The position numbers and the translations under genes were made by a program. Shown piece after piece: positions 20,312-29,957 of a DNA stretch of 64,000 nucleotides; the stretch's first letter is position 1; the number at the start of each line of letters is the position of its first letter. The DNA is from an uncultured Chloroflexia bacterium (lineage in GTDB: Bacteria; Chloroflexota; Limnocylindria; Limnocylindrales; CSP1-4): NCBI GenBank assembly GCA_963819655.1, contig CAWFXA010000002.1, forward strand, positions 992,001 to 1,056,000, given 5' to 3'. Below the pieces are notes generated by a model. It searched no databases and had not been told where the DNA came from. It was given only the letters and a program-made list of their open reading frames with translations.

Positions 20312-22086
20312 CCGTCGTCGTCGGCACTGCCGGTCACATCGATCATGGCAAGACCACGCTGCTGCGCGCGCTGACCGGCATCGACGCCGACCGGCTGCCG
20401 GAGGAGCGGCGGCGCGGGATGACGATCGACGTCGGCTACGCCCACCTCGCCCTCGACGATGGTTCGACGATCGACTTCGTCGACGTGCCGGGACACGACA
20501 AGCTGGTCGGTAACATGCTGGTCGGTGCCGGCGAGATCGACGCTGCGATGCTCGTCGTCGCCGCGGACGACGGGCCGCGCGCCCAGAGCCTCGAGCACCT
20601 CGCGCTGCTCGACGCGCTGGCGATCGCTCCGGCGATCGCGGTCCTGACGAAGATGGACGCGGTCCCGACAGAGCGGGTCGAGGAGGTGCGGGCCCAGGTC
20701 GCCGCGCTCCTCGCCTCGACCTCGCTGGCCGGTTCGCCCGTGCTCGCCGCGTCCGGAGTGACCGGCGAGGGCGTGGACGCCGTGCGCGCCGCGCTCGAGT
20801 CGCTCGCGGAGCTTCGAGCTCGCGTTCGTCTCGCGGCGCGCCCACCGACCCTCGCGATCGATCGGGTCTTCACGGTCAAGGGTCGCGGCGTGGTCGTGAC
20901 CGGCACACTGCGTGGCGAGCCACTCACCCGCGGTGACGAACTCCGTCTCGTGCCGGGCGAACGCACCGCGCGGATCCGCGAGATCCAGGTCCATGGGGCC
21001 GCGGTCGAGCGGGTCGACGAGGGCGGTCGGACCGCGCTCAACCTGGCCGGTGTCGCAGAGGCCGACCTGCATCGCGGGATGGCGCTGACCGCCGACCCGA
21101 CCGTCGCGGCGACCGACCGCCTCCTCGCCGTGTTCCGGACGTCGGTCGGGGACCGGACCCGGGGGCGCATGCATGCCGGGACGGCAGCCGTCGATGCTAC
21201 GGTCGGGCGGAGCGGACGCGATGCCCTGACACTGCCCGATGGGCGTGCCGCCGGGATCGTGCGTCTCGCCGCGCCGATCGCGCTCCGACCGGGCGATCGA
21301 TTCGTCCTGCGGCGCGGCGGCCAGGCCGACCCCGTGGGTGGCGTGGTGCTCGACACGACGCCTCCGCGCGGGGTCTCGCGGCGACGCCAGACCGTCGAGC
21401 GGGTGGCGGCGCTCGCGGATCCATCTCGCGCCGCAGACGCACGCATCGACCTGCACGGGGCCGTCGACGGCCGGCTGGCTGCCGATGTGGCCACGCTCGC
21501 TGCGGAGGCGGCGATCGCGGCCGTCGATCGCGAGGCCCCGCTCTCCATGGTTCGCAACGCGGTGGCTCGAGCCTTGCGGGGGGCGGTGACGATCCGGCGC
21601 GATGAGGCGACCGCCGCCGCCTCCATCGTCATCGACCGGCTCGTCCGCGAGGAGCGGCTGGTTCGCGAGGGCGAGATCGTCCGCAAACGCGGTGTGCGTG
21701 CCGCCGCCCCCGACCCCGCGCTCTCGGCCGCGATGGACCGGCTGGAATCGGTGCTCGCCGTCGTCGCGCCGCCGGCCCTGGCCGACGCGGCGCGCGGCGC
21801 AAGCTGTCCGCCCGCTGGCATCCGGGAGCTGGATCGGGCCGGGCGGATCGTCATCCTCGACGCGGACCTGGCCTACGCCACGAGCATGTATCGCGACCTG
21901 ACTGCGCGCGCCGTGTCGATGGCCGCGGACGCCCCGCTGACCCCGGCTGCCTTCCGCGATGCGACCGGCACGAGCCGGAAGTACGTGATGGCGCTCCTCG
22001 AGGACCTCGACCGCCGGGCGATCCTGCGGCGGACGCCGGCCGGGCACGTGCCGGGGGCGAAGGCACCCGCCGCCGTCGGGCTATGA
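20308..22086 (+). CDS. selB: Selenocysteine-specific elongation factor
   Basis: GTAGHIDHGKT, RGMTIDVG, DVPGH and C-terminal winged-helix TSRKYVMALLEDLD. Confidence 0.95.
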   Translation: MTVVVGTAGHIDHGKTTLLRALTGIDADRLPEERRRGMTIDVGYAHLALDDGSTIDFVDVPGHDKLVGNMLVGAGEIDAAMLVVAADDGPRAQSLEHLALLDALAIAPAIAVLTKMDAVPTERVEEVRAQVAALLASTSLAGSPVLAASGVTGEGVDAVRAALESLAELRARVRLAARPPTLAIDRVFTVKGRGVVVTGTLRGEPLTRGDELRLVPGERTARIREIQVHGAAVERVDEGGRTALNLAGVAEADLHRGMALTADPTVAATDRLLAVFRTSVGDRTRGRMHAGTAAVDATVGRSGRDALTLPDGRAAGIVRLAAPIALRPGDRFVLRRGGQADPVGGVVLDTTPPRGVSRRRQTVERVAALADPSRAADARIDLHGAVDGRLAADVATLAAEAAIAAVDREAPLSMVRNAVARALRGAVTIRRDEATAAASIVIDRLVREERLVREGEIVRKRGVRAAAPDPALSAAMDRLESVLAVVAPPALADAARGASCPPAGIRELDRAGRIVILDADLAYATSMYRDLTARAVSMAADAPLTPAAFRDATGTSRKYVMALLEDLDRRAILRRTPAGHVPGAKAPAAVGL

Positions 22087-22667
22087 CCGAGCGGATCGTC
22101 GGGGTCGTCCTCGCCGGGGGTCGCTCCGCACGGTTCGGACGCAACAAGCTCGCGGAGCAGATCGACGGTCGGTCCATGCTCGATCATGCGATCGCGGCGG
22201 TCGAGCTGGTCGCCGGCACGGTCCTCGTCGTCGCGCCTCCCGATTCAGTGCCCGCGATGGCGTCGGACGCGCGCCTCGTCCATGACGCGAATGCCTTCGG
22301 CGGGCCGCTCGCGGGGCTGGCCACCGGGCTCACCGCGATGGATCCGACGCTCGATCACCTCATCGTGGTCGGTGGCGACATGCCGAGCCTCGTGCCCGCG
22401 GTCTTGCGCCGCCTCATCGACGCACTGGAGACGCACGAGGCGGCGGTGCTGGCCGACGAGGCCGGTCCGCGGCCCCTGCCGATCGCGCTTCGTCGGTCCG
22501 CCGCCGCCCCAGCCGTCGAGCGGCTCCTTGGCACGGGGGAGCGGCGGCTCCGCGCCCTGCTCGTCGTACTGGATGTCGTCGTTGTCCCGTCGGCCACCTG
22601 GCGCGTCGATGACCCCGATGGCCTGACCCTGCGCGACGTCGACGTCCCCGGCGACCTCGCGCTCTAA
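22083..22667 (+). CDS. mobA: Molybdenum cofactor guanylyltransferase
   Basis: VLAGGRSARFGRNK, GPLAGL, GDMP and DVDVPGDL. Confidence 0.88.
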   Translation: MTERIVGVVLAGGRSARFGRNKLAEQIDGRSMLDHAIAAVELVAGTVLVVAPPDSVPAMASDARLVHDANAFGGPLAGLATGLTAMDPTLDHLIVVGGDMPSLVPAVLRRLIDALETHEAAVLADEAGPRPLPIALRRSAAAPAVERLLGTGERRLRALLVVLDVVVVPSATWRVDDPDGLTLRDVDVPGDLAL

Positions 22668-22679
22668 ACGGCTACCCCT

Positions 22680-24335
22680 TCAGCCGTCGAGCTCGGGTGT
22701 CTCGTAGACGGACACGCCTTCGACGAACGTCCCGACCACGCTGGCAGCGAGGATCTCGCCCGCGCCACGGTCGAACAGGTCGCGATCGAGCACCGCCAGG
22801 TCGGCGAGCTTCCCGACCTCGAGCGTGCCCGTGTCGCGATCGAGATGGTTCACGTAGGCCGAACCTGACGTGAACGCCGCGAGGGCGTCGATCAGGTCCA
22901 GCCGCTCGTCCGGCAGAAAGACACCGCGGTCCCCGGCGTACCACGCGGGAGCCTGGCGCTCCACCGCGATATGCATCTCCCAGATCGGGTTCGCGCTCGA
23001 GACGCTCCAGTCGGAACCCATCGCGAGCACGGCTCCCGCGGCTCGCAGCGAGCGGAACGGGTATTGCCAGCGCCACCGCTCACCGAGGAACGGGATCGTC
23101 AGGACGTCCATCTGATCGTCGTGGGCCGCCCACAGCGGCTGGGCGTTGGCCGCGACGTCCAGCTGCCGGAAACGCGCGATGTCGTCCGGATGGATGACCT
23201 GGATGTGAGCGATGTGCGGGCGCGTATCGGACGGACCGTTGGCGCGTCGAGCGGCCTCCACGGCATCGAGGGACGCGCGCACGGCACGGTCGCCGATCGC
23301 ATGGAAATGGGGCTGGAAGCCGAGCGCGTCGAGCTTTGGTACCCAGGTCGCGAGCCCGTCGGGGTCGATCTGGAGCAGGCCGCGGTTGGCCGTCGTGCCG
23401 CCGTGGCCGTCGCCGTACGTTTCGAGCATCGCGCCGGTGAAGTTCTCGAGGACGCCGTCCATCATCAACTTGACGCTCGTCGGCGCGTACCGCCCGATGG
23501 CCGTCGCGCGCCGCCGTTCGATGAACTCCTCGATCTGCTCGGGGCCGCGGTTGCGATCCCACCACAGCGCGCCCACGACGCGACCGGTCAGCTCGCCGCG
23601 GGCGGCCAACGTCAAATACGCGCGCTCCTCCGTGTGCGGCTCGACGATCGCATCCTGCCAGGCAGTGATGCCGAACCCGTGCAGGTGCCGCTGGCCCAGG
23701 CGAAGAGCTTCCTCGAGCTCGGCGGGCGTGTTGTCTGGCAGCAGCCGGGCGACCAGGTCCATGGCGCCTTCGTGGAGCGTGCCGCTCGGGGTCCCGTCCG
23801 GGTCGCGCTCGATCCGCCCGTCAGACGGATCGAGGGTCGCTGCCGTCACGCCGGCGAGCTCCAGCGCCTTCGTGTTCACCCATGCGCCGTGGCCGTCCCG
23901 GTTCGTCAGGAACACCGGGCGATCCGGGAGGATCCGATCCAAAACCTCCCGACGCGGCGTGCCGCCATCGAATGCCGCCATGTACCAGCCGCCGCCGCGG
24001 ATCCATGCCTCGTCCGGGTGTGACCGTGCGTATGCCTCGATGACGTCGATGTCCTTTCCGGACTCCGCGTCCGCATGGAGATCGCACCGAAGCATCGCGA
24101 GACCGCCGTGGACCGGATGCACGTGGGCATCCTGGAACCCGGGCGTGACCGTTCGTCCGCGAAGGTCGATGACGCGCGATCGCGGCCCGATCAGGCCCTC
24201 GACCACTCGATCGGGCCCCACCGCCACGATCCGGCCATCACGAACAGCGAGGGCGGTCGCCCACGAGCGTGCCGTGTCCATCGTCGCGATGCGGCCGTCA
24301 CGGAGGATGAGGTCGGCGGGCTGTTCGGTCGTCAT
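22680..24335 (-). CDS. Amidohydrolase 3 family (YtcJ-like)
   Basis: PGFQDAHVH, KLMMDG, HAIGDRA, GSDWSV and GTLEVGKLADLAVLD. Confidence 0.9.
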   Translation of the reverse strand: MTTEQPADLILRDGRIATMDTARSWATALAVRDGRIVAVGPDRVVEGLIGPRSRVIDLRGRTVTPGFQDAHVHPVHGGLAMLRCDLHADAESGKDIDVIEAYARSHPDEAWIRGGGWYMAAFDGGTPRREVLDRILPDRPVFLTNRDGHGAWVNTKALELAGVTAATLDPSDGRIERDPDGTPSGTLHEGAMDLVARLLPDNTPAELEEALRLGQRHLHGFGITAWQDAIVEPHTEERAYLTLAARGELTGRVVGALWWDRNRGPEQIEEFIERRRATAIGRYAPTSVKLMMDGVLENFTGAMLETYGDGHGGTTANRGLLQIDPDGLATWVPKLDALGFQPHFHAIGDRAVRASLDAVEAARRANGPSDTRPHIAHIQVIHPDDIARFRQLDVAANAQPLWAAHDDQMDVLTIPFLGERWRWQYPFRSLRAAGAVLAMGSDWSVSSANPIWEMHIAVERQAPAWYAGDRGVFLPDERLDLIDALAAFTSGSAYVNHLDRDTGTLEVGKLADLAVLDRDLFDRGAGEILAASVVGTFVEGVSVYETPELDG

Positions 24336-24409
24336 CAGCGGAGTCTGGCGGGTCGCGCCGTGCGCCCCGACCGCATCCCACCCGGCGCGACGGCGTAGCA
24401 TCGCCGCCC

Positions 24410-24958
24410 ATGGCATCGGTCCACCTCCTCCACGCCGGCTACTCGGGCGAGCGGACGGCATCGTCGATCGTGCTGGTGCGCGACGGTGACGCACTCATCG
24501 TCAGCGATCCGGGGATGGTCGCGCGCCGCTCGCTGATCCTCGATCCCCTGGCGGAGCTCGGGATCGATCCGGCAGCGGTGACGCACGTCTTCCTCAGCCA
24601 TCACCACCCCGACCACACGATCAACGTGGCGCTCTTTCCGAACGCCGAGGTGGTCGATTTCTGGGCCCGCTACCGCGACGACCTGTGGCTCGACATGCCG
24701 GGTGACGGGTACCGCCTCTCCCCGAACGCCCAGTTGTGGCTGACCCCCGGCCACACGGCCGAGGACGCGTCGTTGATCGTCGAAGCGGACGACGGCGTCT
24801 ACGCGATGACCCATCTGTGGTGGCACGCGGACCGCACTCCCGAGTTCGATCCGGTCGCCGACGACCAGGGGGCGATCGCGGCCGGTCGCGAGCGCGTGCT
24901 GGCGGTCGCCGACGTGGTCATCCCTGGTCATGGCGGCGCTTTCCGGGTGGCCCGCTAG
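24410..24958 (+). CDS. MBL-fold metallo-hydrolase
   Basis: SHHHPDH, TPGHT and IPGHG. Confidence 0.88.
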   Translation: MASVHLLHAGYSGERTASSIVLVRDGDALIVSDPGMVARRSLILDPLAELGIDPAAVTHVFLSHHHPDHTINVALFPNAEVVDFWARYRDDLWLDMPGDGYRLSPNAQLWLTPGHTAEDASLIVEADDGVYAMTHLWWHADRTPEFDPVADDQGAIAAGRERVLAVADVVIPGHGGAFRVAR

Positions 24959-24983
24959 GAACCGGCGAATCGGCGAATCCAGA

Positions 24984-25733
24984 TCAGTGCGATCCGCGTC
25001 GACGGGCCGTGATGTTCAATCGGACGTAATCGATCACAGGCTCGCCGACCGCGTCGGCGACGGCGCGGACGAAGCCCTCGTGCTCGTCCGCCGGCAGTCG
25101 ATCGAGGTGTGGCCCCAGCACGACCGCCTTTAGGTAGGTCTCGAACGGCTCCCCGGGCTCGAGCCTCGTGGGCTCGTCGGTCAGCCAGCATTCGACGTCC
25201 ACGTAGCCGGCTGCCTCGAGCCGGCGTGCGGTCGCCAGCGGCGTCTCGTAGTGAGCCGGCCCGAGCCACCCGTCGCCGACCGTCGCCAGGGCCCGCTTGA
25301 TCCGGCCGATATTGCCGGCGCCGCCACACTGCGCGACCAGCCAGCCGGCGGGACGGGTGACGGCCGCGAGGTTGTGGAAGAGCGCATCGTGGTCGGGGAC
25401 CCAGTGGAAGGTCGCCGTCGAGAAGACGGCATCGAGCAGTCCATCGACCGGCAGCGGTCGACCGAGGTCGGCGACGATGTACTCGATCCGATCCCCGAAG
25501 CGGTCCAGCCGCGCGTGGGCGGCGTCGATCATGGCCGGCGATCCGTCGAGGGCGACGACCCTGCCTCGCGGGAGGCGTTCAGCGAGCTGCTCGGTCACGC
25601 GGCCGGTCCCGCAGCCGGCATCCATCACCCGCTCATCGCCCGCCAGCGGGAGGCGGTCGAGGGTCCCCATGCCCCAGCGCGTCATCGGATCGGCGACGCG
25701 GTCGTACGTGCGAGCGTCCCAGTCGCGCGCCAT
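24984..25733 (-). CDS. Class I SAM methyltransferase (Tam-like)
   Basis: WDARTY, MDAGCGTG and FSTATFHWV. Confidence 0.85.
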   Translation of the reverse strand: MARDWDARTYDRVADPMTRWGMGTLDRLPLAGDERVMDAGCGTGRVTEQLAERLPRGRVVALDGSPAMIDAAHARLDRFGDRIEYIVADLGRPLPVDGLLDAVFSTATFHWVPDHDALFHNLAAVTRPAGWLVAQCGGAGNIGRIKRALATVGDGWLGPAHYETPLATARRLEAAGYVDVECWLTDEPTRLEPGEPFETYLKAVVLGPHLDRLPADEHEGFVRAVADAVGEPVIDYVRLNITARRRGSH

Positions 25734-27280
25734 CAGTCGCTTAACCTCTCGGGTCGGAGGCCGACCCATGAGACCGTCCCACCGACGGCGACGAGCGCCG
25801 CGGCCACGCCCATCGCCAGGTGGAACGCCTCGATCGAGGCGCTGGCCGCGGCGGCGATCTGGTCCGGCGTCGCCCCCGGCCGTGGCGGGTTCAGCGGCGG
25901 GAATGCGGCCCTGACGGCCGCCGACGACGTGTCGAGTTCCGGCGCCGTCGCCGCCAGGTTCGCGTAAAAGGTGTTGCTCAACGCGAGGAAGATGACGGCG
26001 CCGAGGAGCGGCTGTCCGACCCGGGCGATGGCGTTGTTGATCGCCGAGCCGAGGCCCGAGAAGCGTGCCGGGATCGAGCCCATCAGGGTGTTCGTGAGCG
26101 GGGCGACGACGCAGGCGATGCCGACCCCGAACAGCACGACGGCCGGCAGGACGTCGGTGAGGACAGCCGCCGGCGGGATGAGGGAGGCCGGCTCATCCAC
26201 GCTCGCTTGCCAGGGGGTGGAGGTCACAGGGAGGCGCGTGAACCACAACAGGCCGAGCGCCATCAACGCGGGCCCGAGCGTGAGGAAACGCCGCGCACCG
26301 GTACGTCCCGCGAGCGCGCCGATGCGCGTCGACAACGTGATGAGGCAGATCCCCATCGGCAGGACCGCCGCGCCAGCAGCGATCGCCGTGTAGCCGAGCG
26401 CGCCCTGGAGGGTGATGCTCAGGTAGCTGAGCATCACGTACAGGCCGCCGTAGACGAAGAACGTCGCGATGTTGACCGTCGTGAACACCCGTGACCGGAA
26501 CAGCCCGAGTGGGACGAGCGGGTCGGGGCGCGTGGCCATCAGCACCGGGAAGGCGACGAGAGCGATGGCCCCGATCGCGATCGCGATCCACGCGGCGGCA
26601 TCCTGCCACTCGTTCGCGCCGCCACGGATCACGCCGAACGACAGGCCGCCCACGGCGAGAGCCGCGACGATGGAGCCCAGCCAATCGAACCGGCGCCGCG
26701 AATCGATGTCGCGTGACTCGGCGACGTGGCGCAACGTGATCACCAGCGCGATGGCGAGGATCGGGACGTTGACGAGGAAGGCGATCCGCCAGCCGATCGT
26801 GTCGACGAGCAGACCGCCGACGAGCGGTCCGACCAGGGCAAGAGCCGACGTCGCCGAGGTCCACAGGCCGAACGCGCGACCGCGCTCGGACTCCGAGAAC
26901 GTCTGCGTGATGATCGAGAGTGCGCCCGGCACCATGAGGGCGCCGGCCGCGCCCTGGAGGAGGCGCGCGACGATCAGGACCTCGAGCGTCGGGGCGAGAC
27001 CGCACAGGCCCGACGTGATCGCAAACCCGGCGAGACCGATGGCGTAGACCCGGCGCCGGCCGTACCGATCGGACAGTGCCCCGGCCAGGATCAGGAGCGC
27101 GGCAAGGACTGCCAGGTAGCCGCTGATGACGTAGGTCTGACCCTCGAGGACGCCGACCAGCGTGGCCGGCAACTCGCGCCCGATCCGGGGCAGCGCGGAG
27201 TTGACGATCGTCCCGTCGAGGAACACGGCGCCGGACCCGATGACCGTCGCGACGAGGGTCCATCGTTGGCGCGGCGTCAT
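25733..27280 (-). CDS. MFS transporter, DHA2 (14-TM) family
   Basis: LDGTIVNSALP, GALSDRYGRRR, ARLLQG and GPLVGG. Confidence 0.9.
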   Translation of the reverse strand: MTPRQRWTLVATVIGSGAVFLDGTIVNSALPRIGRELPATLVGVLEGQTYVISGYLAVLAALLILAGALSDRYGRRRVYAIGLAGFAITSGLCGLAPTLEVLIVARLLQGAAGALMVPGALSIITQTFSESERGRAFGLWTSATSALALVGPLVGGLLVDTIGWRIAFLVNVPILAIALVITLRHVAESRDIDSRRRFDWLGSIVAALAVGGLSFGVIRGGANEWQDAAAWIAIAIGAIALVAFPVLMATRPDPLVPLGLFRSRVFTTVNIATFFVYGGLYVMLSYLSITLQGALGYTAIAAGAAVLPMGICLITLSTRIGALAGRTGARRFLTLGPALMALGLLWFTRLPVTSTPWQASVDEPASLIPPAAVLTDVLPAVVLFGVGIACVVAPLTNTLMGSIPARFSGLGSAINNAIARVGQPLLGAVIFLALSNTFYANLAATAPELDTSSAAVRAAFPPLNPPRPGATPDQIAAAASASIEAFHLAMGVAAALVAVGGTVSWVGLRPERLSD

Positions 27281-27312
27281 CGCGGCAGTGTCGCAGATAG
27301 ACTCTCGGCGCT

Positions 27313-28020
27313 ATGCCCGGACCTGTGGCACTCGTCGGCGCCGGCGAGTTCCTCCCATCGATGTCGTCGTTCGACGCCAGCCTGCTCGCCGCGACCGGCG
27401 TGGCGCGCCCGCGTGTGGTAATCCTGCCGACCGCCTCATTCCCCGACGGCGAGGCCGTCTTCAAGCGCTGGGCGGAGATGGGTGTGGCGCATTTCGCGGG
27501 TCTCGGCGCGGAGGTCGAACCGGTCATGGTGCGCGATCGTGCCGATGCCGACGACCCGGCAGCGGTCCAGGCCGTCGGCGAGGCGGACGTCGTCTACCTG
27601 TCCGGCGGGAAACCGTCCTACCTCCTCAAGGCGCTGGCCGGGAGCGCGGTCGGTGAGGCGTTGGCCGGTGCCCACCAGCGCGGCGCGGCGTTGGCCGGCT
27701 GCTCGGCCGGGGCGATGGCGCTGGCCGGGCATTCGTTCGACTTCCGCGTCCGCCTCATGCCGTTCCCGCTGCGCTGGGGGAGTGGCCTGGGGTTCGCGCC
27801 GGACGTGTCGGTGGTGCCGCACTACGACGCCTGGCCGGAGCCGTTCTCGGCCCTGATCGCGTTCCAGGCACCGCGCGGCTCGACCGTGCTCGGGATCGAC
27901 GAGGACACGGCCGTCGTTGGTCACGAAGGCGGCTGGCAGGTGCACGGAGCGTCGCGGGTCACCGTCTGGCGTGGCCGTCGCAGGGAGCGCTTCCGCGCGG
28001 GCGAGGTGTTCCGGGTCTAG
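27313..28020 (+). CDS. Peptidase S51 / cyanophycinase-like (class I GATase fold)
   Basis: ILPTAS, YLSGG, GCSAGA, PHYD and GIDEDT. Confidence 0.82.
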   Translation: MPGPVALVGAGEFLPSMSSFDASLLAATGVARPRVVILPTASFPDGEAVFKRWAEMGVAHFAGLGAEVEPVMVRDRADADDPAAVQAVGEADVVYLSGGKPSYLLKALAGSAVGEALAGAHQRGAALAGCSAGAMALAGHSFDFRVRLMPFPLRWGSGLGFAPDVSVVPHYDAWPEPFSALIAFQAPRGSTVLGIDEDTAVVGHEGGWQVHGASRVTVWRGRRRERFRAGEVFRV

Positions 28021-28061
28021 GTCGTGGCCGGCGCGGGGCTCGCTCCCCTCCCGGGACCTGG

Positions 28062-28400
28062 TCAGTCGGGCCGCACCGTCCGGAAGCAGTCCGAGCAGTA
28101 CACGGGGCGGTCCATCCGGGGTCGGAACGGGACCTGCGCCTGGTTGCCGCACGACGAGCAGACCACCGCGAAGTACTCGCGATCGGGGCGCTCGACGCTC
28201 CGCTCGTAGCCGCGCGGGCCGCCGATCTCGCGGACGTCGTAGCCCCCATCGCGAGCCGCCCGACGGCTGGCGCGGCAGCTCGTGCATCGCTTCGGGTCGG
28301 AGGCGAAACCCTTCTGGACGTAATACTCCTGATCGGCCGCCGAATGGATGAATTCGACGCCGCAGTCGACACATGTGAGGGTCCGATCAGCGTAGGTCAC
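28062..28400 (-). CDS. Zinc-ribbon + CxxC-x17-CxxC domain protein
   Basis: GAGGAG RBS before a GTG start; DRTLTCVDCG...PKRCTSCR and CSSCG...VPFRP...RPVYCSDCF. Confidence 0.88.
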   Translation of the reverse strand: MTYADRTLTCVDCGVEFIHSAADQEYYVQKGFASDPKRCTSCRASRRAARDGGYDVREIGGPRGYERSVERPDREYFAVVCSSCGNQAQVPFRPRMDRPVYCSDCFRTVRPD

Positions 28401-28430
28401 GTTGCTCCTCCGGGACGCGATGGTCGGCTG

Positions 28431-28545
28431 GGTGCGCCTGCGGAGGGCGACCGCATCGGCAGTCGGGAAAGCGAGGTCTGGCGAGAGAAGCCGGGCCCCG
28501 GCGACCCAGGTGCCGATGTCGGAATCCCTGTCTGCGGGGCGCACC
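28431..28545. ncRNA. Candidate structured RNA (leader of the zinc-ribbon gene or antisense RNA)
   Basis: Nested inverted repeats GGTGCGCC/GGCGCACC and CCG-CATCGGCA/TGCCGATG-T-CGG, plus G-U-containing inner stems on the + strand. Confidence 0.45.
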
Positions 28546-28766
28546 GGTTCGTTCGTGCGGCGCAGGATACAACGGCTTCGAAAATCGGACATGCCAGCGG
28601 CGTAGGCTGGCTGGCGGCCGTGACAACGTACCTGTCACAATGGCGCGCGAGGATCCGGGGTGGCGAGCGGGGAGTCATGGGGGCGCCTCGCTCGCGCCAT
28701 ACCACCAGGGTAGCGCCGGATCGTGATCGCCCGAGCCGTCAGCAATGAGAGGGCAGACCCGAGCGG

Positions 28767-29957
28767 ATGCTACGGATCATCCACACCGCGGACGTCCACC
28801 TCGGCGCGCGCCACGACGACCTCGGTGAGCAGGCCAGCGCCCAACGCGAGCGCCAATTCGCCGCCTTCGCGGCCACCGTCGATCTGGCGCTGGCCGAGAA
28901 GGTCGACCTCGTCCTGATCGCCGGCGACCTGTTCGACAGCAACGTCCAGCCGCGGCGGTCGGTCGAACGCGTCGCTGCGGAGATCAAGCGGCTCGCGGGC
29001 GGCAAGATCCGGACCGTGATCGTGCCCGGGACCCACGACGCATACGACCGGTCGTCGATATACCGCGCGTACGACCTGAAGGCCATGTCCGGAAGCACGC
29101 CGGACGACGACTGGGTGACGGTCCTGACGCCCGAGCTGCCGCGGATCCACCTGTCCGCCTGCGACGTCGTCGTTCATGGCCCCGTCTTCGCGACGAAGCG
29201 TGCGCCGCACAGCCCTCTACGCGACCTCGATGTCGCGTCCCACAAGGGCACCGCGGCGTGGCAGGTCGGCGTGCTCCACGGCTCGGTCGCGATCCCCGGC
29301 AAGACGGACCGCGACGACGTCGTCATCACGACCGACGAGATCGGTGCGAGCGGTCTCGACTACCTCGCCCTCGGCCACTGGCATTCGGCGCGCCAAGGCA
29401 AGTCCGGCGGCGTGACCTTCGCCTATTCGGGCGCGCCAGAGCCTGTCGCGCTCAACCAGGATCGTGCCGGCAGGGTCCTGCACGTCCAGCTCGAACAGAC
29501 GGGTCCCGGGCGCAGCGTCGGCGTCACGGAGCGAGCGGTCGGCAAGACGCGTTTCGAGAAATTGGAGCTCGATGCCGCCGGGGTGACGACCCAGCCTGCG
29601 CTGATCGACAGCCTCAAGCGCAAGGGCGATCCCGACCTGGTCCTCGACGCCCGGATCGTCGGCGTGCGCCCGGACGAGCTCGACCTCCACCCCGAGGAGA
29701 TCGAGACTGCCCTCGCTCCATCGTTCCTGAAGGTGCGCGTGCGCGACCTGAGCTCGCCCGCATTGACCGAGGGAATCCTCCCGTCGCCCGACACCATCGC
29801 CGGCGCCTTCATCCGCGATCTCGAGGCGCGCATCGCCGAGCTCGAGGCGGCGCCCGCGTCCGGATCCGAGGTCGACACCGCGGTCGAGGCGGCCGAGTTG
29901 CGCGACTCGCTCCGGCTCGGCCGGCTCCTGTTGGACGGCCACGAGGTGTCCCTGTGA
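28767..29957 (+). CDS. SbcD/Mre11/YhaO-like metallophosphoesterase nuclease
   Basis: HTADVHLG, IAGDLFD, PGTHD, DYLALGHWH and YSGAPE. Confidence 0.9.
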   Translation: MLRIIHTADVHLGARHDDLGEQASAQRERQFAAFAATVDLALAEKVDLVLIAGDLFDSNVQPRRSVERVAAEIKRLAGGKIRTVIVPGTHDAYDRSSIYRAYDLKAMSGSTPDDDWVTVLTPELPRIHLSACDVVVHGPVFATKRAPHSPLRDLDVASHKGTAAWQVGVLHGSVAIPGKTDRDDVVITTDEIGASGLDYLALGHWHSARQGKSGGVTFAYSGAPEPVALNQDRAGRVLHVQLEQTGPGRSVGVTERAVGKTRFEKLELDAAGVTTQPALIDSLKRKGDPDLVLDARIVGVRPDELDLHPEEIETALAPSFLKVRVRDLSSPALTEGILPSPDTIAGAFIRDLEARIAELEAAPASGSEVDTAVEAAELRDSLRLGRLLLDGHEVSL

